Assembly: GCA_963609155.1 (NCBI GenBank)
Contig: CAVDHS010000040.1
Coordinates: forward strand, 2,768-35,586
Direction: 5' to 3'
DNA length: 32,819 nt
From: Bulleidia sp.
GTDB taxonomy: Bacteria > Patescibacteriota > Saccharimonadia > Saccharimonadales > Saccharimonadaceae
The notes under the pieces were generated by a model. It was not told the DNA's origin and made no database searches. It worked only from the letters and a program-made list of their open reading frames with translations. The position numbers and the translations under genes are program-made. Shown piece by piece: positions 26,814-32,819 of the stretch (its first letter is position 1; each line of letters starts with the position of its first letter).

Positions 26814-27608
26814 TTAGATCAAATTTGTGAGAAAATTGGCGAAAGTGGTGACGATAATAAAAGCCAACACCATGAAGGGGCCGAGATAGATTTTTTGAGT
26901 CTTTTTTAGGCGCGGGAGAGAGCTAAGACAAGCAAGAAAATTCGCGCCGAATAACGTGGTTAGGGCGAGCCAAGGTTCATAGAGCGCAAGCCCAAGGGAA
27001 AGCCCAAGCAACCAATCGCCATCGCCGACCCATTTGCCGCGACTAAGCCCATAAAGTAAGAGATAAAGACCGCCGAGGATAAGGACGGACAAAAGCGGTT
27101 TCCAGATTAATTCCGGAGAAAAAGCAGAACTGGCAAATAATGCCCATTCTTTCAGAGCTAAAACAATTATAGCACAGAAAACAGAAATAGTCAAGTATCT
27201 AACCGGGAGTTCACCGTAAAGACCGTCATAAATCGCTAGAAAGGCGAGAGGAAGAGTAAGGGCGAGAGTGGCGAGAAAAGTCGCCCAAGTGAGAGGGTCG
27301 GAAGAGAGCGGGTTCAATGTCGTTCCGAGTGCAAGCCAAGAGAGTGCGAATAAGAGTTCGGAAAGAATCTCGGCACCACCGATTTTAGCGTGACATTTTC
27401 GGCATTTACCACGAAGAAATAACCATGAAAGAAGTGGAATATTATCATACCACTTTAATCGGTAATGACAATGCAAACAGACCGAGCGCGCGCCGAGAGG
27501 TTTACTTCCCTTTTTCGTGTTGTGATGCAAGCGACGAGCCTGACAGCATAAAAATGAGCCGAAACAGGCACCGAGGACGAACAATAAAATCAGAAATAAA
27601 ACTTCCAT
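26814..27608 (-). CDS. pilD: Prepilin peptidase (A24)
   Basis: GSFL, RSVCLHC...NIPLLSWLFLRGKCRKC zinc motif, IYD and GDGD aspartates, GPF, multiple TM helices. Confidence 0.93.
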   Translation of the reverse strand: MEVLFLILLFVLGACFGSFLCCQARRLHHNTKKGSKPLGARSVCLHCHYRLKWYDNIPLLSWLFLRGKCRKCHAKIGGAEILSELLFALSWLALGTTLNPLSSDPLTWATFLATLALTLPLAFLAIYDGLYGELPVRYLTISVFCAIIVLALKEWALFASSAFSPELIWKPLLSVLILGGLYLLLYGLSRGKWVGDGDWLLGLSLGLALYEPWLALTTLFGANFLACLSSLPRLKKTQKIYLGPFMVLAFIIVTTFANFLTNLI

Positions 27609-27644
27609 ATTGTTATTTTAGCATAAATAACCTATAATAAGGTT

Positions 27645-28190
27645 ATGAAAAAGGGTGAGATTCGAAAGACGGAATGGGGGTGGCGTGGTTTTACAATTAT
27701 TGAGGTAGTGCTAGTGTTGGGGATTGCGGGGTTGATTTTTCTGATGGTCTTTATTGCTTTGCCGGCTTTACAACGATCACAACGTGATACACAACGACGG
27801 GAAGATGTGGCGAAAATAATTAGTGCAATAAAAGATTATCAGTCTAATAACCGCGGGACACTGCCATCAGGAACGGGAACGGTGAATTATAACGCGAATG
27901 CGAGCGGGACGACTTGGGCAGGGTTTTATCATGATTATCTGGGAGAAAATTTTATCGATCCGGACGGGACGAGTTATCAATTGAACGTCGTAAAATGCGA
28001 TAGCAAAGAAGGCAATTGCGGAAACGGGGCGCAAATTCCAAATACGACGAGCTTTCCGAATAATTATAAAATGTTAGTGGTACTTGAAGCGGAATGCCAA
28101 GAGGAAATAACAGTGAAGGTTGGCAACCCGCGAAAGTTGGCAGTGGTTTATAAACTCGAGGGAGGAGGAGTCTATTGTTCGAGCACATAA
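27645..28190 (+). CDS. Type IV pilin (paralog 2)
   Basis: RG/FTIIEVVLVL, QRSQRDTQRREDV, KLEGGGVYC. Confidence 0.92.
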   Translation: MKKGEIRKTEWGWRGFTIIEVVLVLGIAGLIFLMVFIALPALQRSQRDTQRREDVAKIISAIKDYQSNNRGTLPSGTGTVNYNANASGTTWAGFYHDYLGENFIDPDGTSYQLNVVKCDSKEGNCGNGAQIPNTTSFPNNYKMLVVLEAECQEEITVKVGNPRKLAVVYKLEGGGVYCSST

Positions 28191-28231
28191 CGGAAAAAGC
28201 TCTTGCTTTTTTCCGTGTTTTTCGGTATCAT
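28190..28231 (+). terminator. Terminator hairpin overlapping the promoter of the next pilin
   Basis: ACGGAAAAAGC-TCTT-GCTTTTTTCCGT hairpin; TTGCTT (28203-28208), 17 bp, TATCAT (28226-28231). Confidence 0.55.
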
Positions 28232-28295
28232 AAAATAAAGGATAATCGCACAACAGCTCTTGTGGGATAAATTAAAATCTAGAAAGGATTTATTT

Positions 28296-28814
28296 ATGGC
28301 AAAGCGAAATATTAACTCTAAAAAAGGTTTCACCATTATTGAGGTGGTGTTGGTGCTGGCGATTGCGGGCTTGATCTTCCTCATGGTTTTTGTTGCTTTG
28401 CCGGCTTTACAACGGTCACAACGTGATACACAGCGGCGAGATGATATGGCGAGATTTTCGTCGCAGTTGTCTCAGTATCAGGCGAATAATAGTGGAAAAG
28501 TGCCCGACATAAAAAACACGAGTGCTTGGAGCAAGTTCCTGACGGATTACTTGAAGGCCGGTGGTGATAGTTTTGCAGATCCGTCAACTGGTAGTGATTA
28601 TGAGATTTCTAAAGTCGTTAATTGTACAACTTTTAAATCGCAAGCCCAATGTAACCCCAACCGCGATAGCATTACGGACGCAACGCTTGGCCATATCTAT
28701 GTCTATGCCAATGCAACTTGCGATGGAGAAAATCCGAAATATGTCCAGGGTGAGCGTAAAATTGCCTTTACACTCAAACTTGAGGGCGCGGGCATTTATT
28801 GCGGGCATAACTAA
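28296..28814 (+). CDS. Type IV pilin (paralog 3, likely major pilin)
   Basis: AAAGGA RBS before ATG 28296, KKG/FTIIEVVLVL, KLEGAGIYC; has its own promoter and a strong terminator. Confidence 0.92.
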   Translation: MAKRNINSKKGFTIIEVVLVLAIAGLIFLMVFVALPALQRSQRDTQRRDDMARFSSQLSQYQANNSGKVPDIKNTSAWSKFLTDYLKAGGDSFADPSTGSDYEISKVVNCTTFKSQAQCNPNRDSITDATLGHIYVYANATCDGENPKYVQGERKIAFTLKLEGAGIYCGHN

Positions 28815-28828
28815 AATCCTTATATAGC

Positions 28829-28855
28829 AAAATCACCTCTTCGGAGGTGATTTTT
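28829..28855. terminator. Bidirectional intrinsic terminator
   Basis: AAAATCACCTC-TTCG-GAGGTGATTTTT between convergent pilin and pilC genes. Confidence 0.88.
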
Positions 28856-28896
28856 GTTGTACGGAGTTATAATTCCCTGCTTGTGTTATCCTGATA

Positions 28897-30102
28897 TTAA
28901 ACCGAAATAGAGTTAACTAGCGAGTAAATCGGGAGCAGAGTACCGCCAATCACGACACCAATCAGTGCGGCCATGATCACCATAAGGATTGGCTCGATTG
29001 TGGTCGAGATGGCGTTGATTTGTTCGTCGAGTTCGTTTTCATAAACTTGTGCGGCTTTACCGAGCATTTCATCGATTTTACCGGCTTCTTCGCCGATAGA
29101 AGCCATTTGCGGTACTAATGGGAGCATGTAGTCACGGTCTTTAAGCCCTTCGGAAAGAGATTTGCCGCCTTTAATAATTTCAATTGATTTAGAGTATTCT
29201 TCTTCAACAACGGTATTTGAAACGGCGCCAATAGCGATTTTGACGGAATCCAACATCGGCACACCAGTCGCAAGCATCATTTCGGTAGTTCGCGCAAAAC
29301 GCGAAACATAAAGTTTGCGGAATAAAGGTCCAAAAATAGGGACATCGATTTTAATAGTGTCGGCAATTTTACGACCGAGACGCGTACGTTTAACACTATA
29401 CCAACAACCAACAGAAATGCCCGCAACAATTAATGCCACTAACCACCAAAATTGACCGAAGAAATCAGTGAGGCCAACAAGAAATTGAGTTAATGCTGGC
29501 AAAGTTTCGCCCATGTCCTCGTAAAGGTCCTTGACTTGCGGAACAACCATAATCATCATGAAGGCGAGTACGGCGATAATTACGACTAAAATAATTGCTG
29601 GATAAACTAATGCGCCACGAATTTTCGAAAGCATAGCAGCATTTTTCTCTTCTTGGTCAGCAAGACGCTTCAAGGCAAGATCCAAGGTTCCCGAAGTTTC
29701 GCCAGCTTTAATCAATGCGAGATAAACACCGTTAAAGATGTCGGGATATTTCGCAAAAGAATCGTGAAGGGTTTTACCAGCTTCGACATTGGCAAGAATT
29801 TCTTCAACGACGGCGCGCATAGCTTTAGCTTGCGTTTGTTCGACGACAGTACGAAGACTAGTTGCAAGCGGCAACCCAGCGCCGATCAAAGTCGCGAGCT
29901 GACGCGTAAACATAATGCGGTCTTTACTGGTAACTCTATTGTTAACGCCTAAAAATCCGCCCCCTTCTTCGGTGACAGTCTGCGGGATGTAACCTTGTTC
30001 AACTAAGAGTCGCCCGGCGGTTTGTTCGTTTTCGGCTTGAATATTGCCTTTGACGATTTTGCCAGTTTCCTTCTCTTTTGCTTTATAATTAAAACGCCGC
30101 AT
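28897..30102 (-). CDS. pilC: Type IV pilus platform protein (PilC/GspF)
   Basis: FTRQLATLIGAGLPL, GETSGTLD, ALVYP, GEEAGKID, IEPILMV. Confidence 0.95.
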   Translation of the reverse strand: MRRFNYKAKEKETGKIVKGNIQAENEQTAGRLLVEQGYIPQTVTEEGGGFLGVNNRVTSKDRIMFTRQLATLIGAGLPLATSLRTVVEQTQAKAMRAVVEEILANVEAGKTLHDSFAKYPDIFNGVYLALIKAGETSGTLDLALKRLADQEEKNAAMLSKIRGALVYPAIILVVIIAVLAFMMIMVVPQVKDLYEDMGETLPALTQFLVGLTDFFGQFWWLVALIVAGISVGCWYSVKRTRLGRKIADTIKIDVPIFGPLFRKLYVSRFARTTEMMLATGVPMLDSVKIAIGAVSNTVVEEEYSKSIEIIKGGKSLSEGLKDRDYMLPLVPQMASIGEEAGKIDEMLGKAAQVYENELDEQINAISTTIEPILMVIMAALIGVVIGGTLLPIYSLVNSISV

Positions 30103-30103
30103 T

Positions 30104-31204
30104 TTAGCCCTTCACTAACCGATCTAATTCGTTGATATCGACGGCGTATTCGCGCGCCGAATCGTAGGAAATAACGCCAGTTTGAATTAATTTCGCTAAA
30201 GTGCGGTCCATAGTCTGCATGCCTTGGTCGGCGCCGGTTTGGATGGCGGTGTCGATTTGATGAGTTTTACCATCGCGAATCAATGAACGAATGGCAGAAT
30301 TTGCGACCATAATCTCCGCAGCAACAACTCGGCCACCACCAAGTGCTGGGACTAAGCGTTGCGCACAAACTGCCATTAGAATGTTCGAAAGCTGAGAACG
30401 AACCTGAGGCTGCTGATGTGCCGGAAAAACATCAATCATACGATCGATCGACTGCGCAGCGGAGTTTGTATGAAGAGTTGCGAAGACTAAATGTCCTGTT
30501 TCAGCGATCGTAATCGCAGCTTGAATAGTTTCGAGATCACGCATCTCACCGATTAGCACAACGTCTGGATCTTCACGCAGAACCGAACGAAGTGCGGCGG
30601 CGAAACTAAATGTATCGTAATGAACTTCACGCTGAACGATGACGGAACGTTGTGATTTATGAGTAAATTCAATCGGATCTTCGATAGTGATGATGTGTGT
30701 GGACTTTTCTTGATTGATTTTATTAACTAGGGCCGCAAGAGTAGTCGACTTACCAGAACCAGTCGGGCCAGTAACAAGAACTAGGCCACGCGGAAAATCC
30801 GCAAATGTTTCGACAATTGCCGGCATGCCGAGTTCAGTGATGTTTTTGATTTGATTCGGGATCAAACGGAAAGCCGCAGCAAGTTTACCACGTTCGTGGA
30901 AAGCGTTAACGCGAAAACGCGCCACATCGCCAAAGGCAAAAGAATAATCGAATTCCTTATCTTTCAAAAGAATTTTTTGTTGCTCTTCGTCAAGCGTGGC
31001 AAAAATTAAGTTGCGAATCGTGTCTTCATTGAGAGAATTAACCCCGGCAACAGGAGTCAAAGCACCGTCAACCCTCAAAATTGGCGGGAGGCCGTATTGA
31101 ATATGTAAATCCGAAGCGTTACGACGGACACACTCTTCGAGTAAGGTCTCGATTTTCGGAGTGTTAGTTGTTGATGTATTTGTTGTTTGCCCACTATTTT
31201 GCAT
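30104..31204 (-). CDS. pilT: Type IV pilus retraction ATPase
   Basis: ASDLH, RFRVNAF, GPTGSGKSTT, TIEDPIE, LREDPD, AETGHLVFATLHT, AIRSLIRDGKTHQI. Start reassigned to ATG 31204 after TGGTATAAT. Confidence 0.96.
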   Translation of the reverse strand: MQNSGQTTNTSTTNTPKIETLLEECVRRNASDLHIQYGLPPILRVDGALTPVAGVNSLNEDTIRNLIFATLDEEQQKILLKDKEFDYSFAFGDVARFRVNAFHERGKLAAAFRLIPNQIKNITELGMPAIVETFADFPRGLVLVTGPTGSGKSTTLAALVNKINQEKSTHIITIEDPIEFTHKSQRSVIVQREVHYDTFSFAAALRSVLREDPDVVLIGEMRDLETIQAAITIAETGHLVFATLHTNSAAQSIDRMIDVFPAHQQPQVRSQLSNILMAVCAQRLVPALGGGRVVAAEIMVANSAIRSLIRDGKTHQIDTAIQTGADQGMQTMDRTLAKLIQTGVISYDSAREYAVDINELDRLVKG

Positions 31205-31225
31205 AATATTATTATACCACAAGCT

Positions 31226-32818
31226 TTACGATAAGTCGCTAGCTACTCGGTTTACCTCCTCTAAAGTTGTTATACCTGATAAAACCTTCAAGATGCCGTC
31301 TTGGCGCATAGTGACAGTACCTTTAGATTTTGCTAGGCGCATAATTTCGTTAGCAGTCGCATGAGAAATAATCATTTTCTGGATGTCTTCATCGACATCA
31401 ATAGTTTCATAAAGACCAGATCGACCAGAATAACCACCAGGAGTTTCTTTCGAATCGATACCCTTGGTGAGAATGTAAGACTGATCGTTTTTAAGCGGGA
31501 GCCCGGGATAACCGAGATCTTCACTAACACTGACGATTTGTTCTTTGTCATTTGGTAATAGATCACCGACGATACTATTGATACTTTTAGTTTCAATATC
31601 GGAAGATTTGTATGTTTCCCTTTTTTCAGTGACGCGACGCACAAGACGCTGACCGATCACCACGTTCAAAGTCGAGGCGAGCAAGAACGGCTCGATGCCC
31701 ATATCTAAAAGACGCGGAAGAATCCCAGCAGCGGAGTTCGTGTGAAGGGTGCTAAAAACGAGATGACCAGTAAGCGCAGCCTGAACCGCAAGATTTGCAG
31801 TTTCGGAGTCACGAATTTCCCCGACCATTACAACATCAGGATCCTGACGCAAAATCGAACGCAAACCGCTGGCGAAAGTGAGACCGGCGTCAACATTCAC
31901 TTGGATTTGATTAATTCCGTCCATTTTGTATTCGACCGGATCTTCGAGAGTGACGATGTTAATTTGTTCGGATTTGATTTGTTGGATTAAAGCATAGAGA
32001 GTGGTCGACTTACCGGAACCAGTCGGGCCAGAAGTTAAAATCATGCCGTTTGGTCTTTTAATGCCAGTGAGCACCGAACGCAACGCTCGCCCGGACATAC
32101 CCATTTTTTCAATTTCCATCGAGACACTTTTCTTATCGAGAAGACGAATTACGACTTGTTCGCCCCAAGTCACCGGCGAAATCGCAATACGTAAATCGAT
32201 TTCTTTCCCATCGACTAAAACTGTGAACTGACCGTCCTGTGGAATGCGGTGTTCGTCAATTTTCAAATTCGACAAAATTTTAACGCGCGAGACCAGCGCC
32301 GGAGCAACGGTTTTAGGCAATTCCATGATTTTACGCAATACTCCATCAATACGATAGCGAATAATCAATGATTTTTCAAGCGGTTCGATGTGAACATCGG
32401 AAGCTTTAGTTTTAGCGGCATAACTTAAAATCGTGTTCAAAGCTTTAGAAATTGGCGAATCTTCGACGATGGTTTTCGCGTTTGATTCGGCATTGGATTC
32501 AGCCACGTTTTCATTAGTCGCACGAACGGCATCTTTCACGCCAGAAAAATCACCGTGATATTGTTCGAGAATTTCACGAACGCCTCGTTCCGAAGACATC
32601 CAGACGCGCAAAGGGCGGTTGATTAAACTGGAAAGATAATCAGTGGCCTGAACGTTAGTGACGTCGACCATAGCGATGTTTAACATTCCGTCTTTTTCGC
32701 CGAGCGCTACAGCCAAAACGCGCGAAGAAACGTCGCCAGGAATTTTAGAAAGAATTTCCTGGTCGATAGTAATGTTTTTTAATTCCACATAAGGCACACC
32801 GAGAATTGCCGCTGTCGC
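31226..32818 (-). CDS. pilB: Type IV pilus assembly ATPase (PilB/GspE), 5' end outside window
   Basis: ASDVHIEP, PQDG, GPTGSGKSTT, LRQDPD, TGHLVFSTLHTN; frame stays open to the window edge. Confidence 0.95.
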   Translation of the reverse strand, partial: ATAAILGVPYVELKNITIDQEILSKIPGDVSSRVLAVALGEKDGMLNIAMVDVTNVQATDYLSSLINRPLRVWMSSERGVREILEQYHGDFSGVKDAVRATNENVAESNAESNAKTIVEDSPISKALNTILSYAAKTKASDVHIEPLEKSLIIRYRIDGVLRKIMELPKTVAPALVSRVKILSNLKIDEHRIPQDGQFTVLVDGKEIDLRIAISPVTWGEQVVIRLLDKKSVSMEIEKMGMSGRALRSVLTGIKRPNGMILTSGPTGSGKSTTLYALIQQIKSEQINIVTLEDPVEYKMDGINQIQVNVDAGLTFASGLRSILRQDPDVVMVGEIRDSETANLAVQAALTGHLVFSTLHTNSAAGILPRLLDMGIEPFLLASTLNVVIGQRLVRRVTEKRETYKSSDIETKSINSIVGDLLPNDKEQIVSVSEDLGYPGLPLKNDQSYILTKGIDSKETPGGYSGRSGLYETIDVDEDIQKMIISHATANEIMRLAKSKGTVTMRQDGILKVLSGITTLEEVNRVASDLS

Positions 32819-32819
32819 C

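Noticed and set aside
30744..32031. Near-identical ~28-nt sequence in pilT (from about 30744) and pilB (from about 32004)
   Set aside because: Explained by the shared Walker A peptide GPTGSGKST in paralogous ATPases.
128..32231. Numerous short ORFs antisense to or nested in long genes (e.g. 128-418, 2404-2790, 8675-9118, 17343-17789, 23449-23865)
   Set aside because: Shadow ORFs overlapping well-supported genes, without motifs or initiation signals.
1..32819. CRISPR array, IS element or prophage
   Set aside because: No regularly spaced repeats, transposase, terminal inverted repeats or phage structural genes were seen.

Overview
Bacterial chromosomal window. The gene content and style (compact housekeeping genes, type IV pilus cluster, many apparently leaderless genes with TGnTATAAT just before ATG) suggest a Saccharibacteria/Patescibacteria (CPR) genome; this is an inference. 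The left end is housekeeping: galU-like, dnaG, orn, argS, tRNA-Gly(CCC), a SurA/PrsA-like gene and tRNA-Arg(CCT). Next to tRNA-Arg lies an AT-rich defence island. Its tightly coupled minus-strand operon reads: ~210-nt structured leader with antisense-type complementary elements, hsdM, hsdS, HEPN-motif ORF, hsdR, non-retron reverse transcriptase, terminator. A NYN RNase with a convergent candidate small RNA follows, then a polymorphic-toxin C-terminal remnant with a probable orphan immunity gene. After that come a cutinase-vWA exported protein and an MccF-like peptidase/methyltransferase/GNAT/class II aaRS-like cluster. The right end holds ackA, a Xer-type recombinase and a type IV pilus locus (four pilin-like genes, prepilin peptidase, pilC, pilT, partial pilB). 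The best candidate for an undescribed system is the RNA-leader-controlled Type I R-M + HEPN + RT operon.
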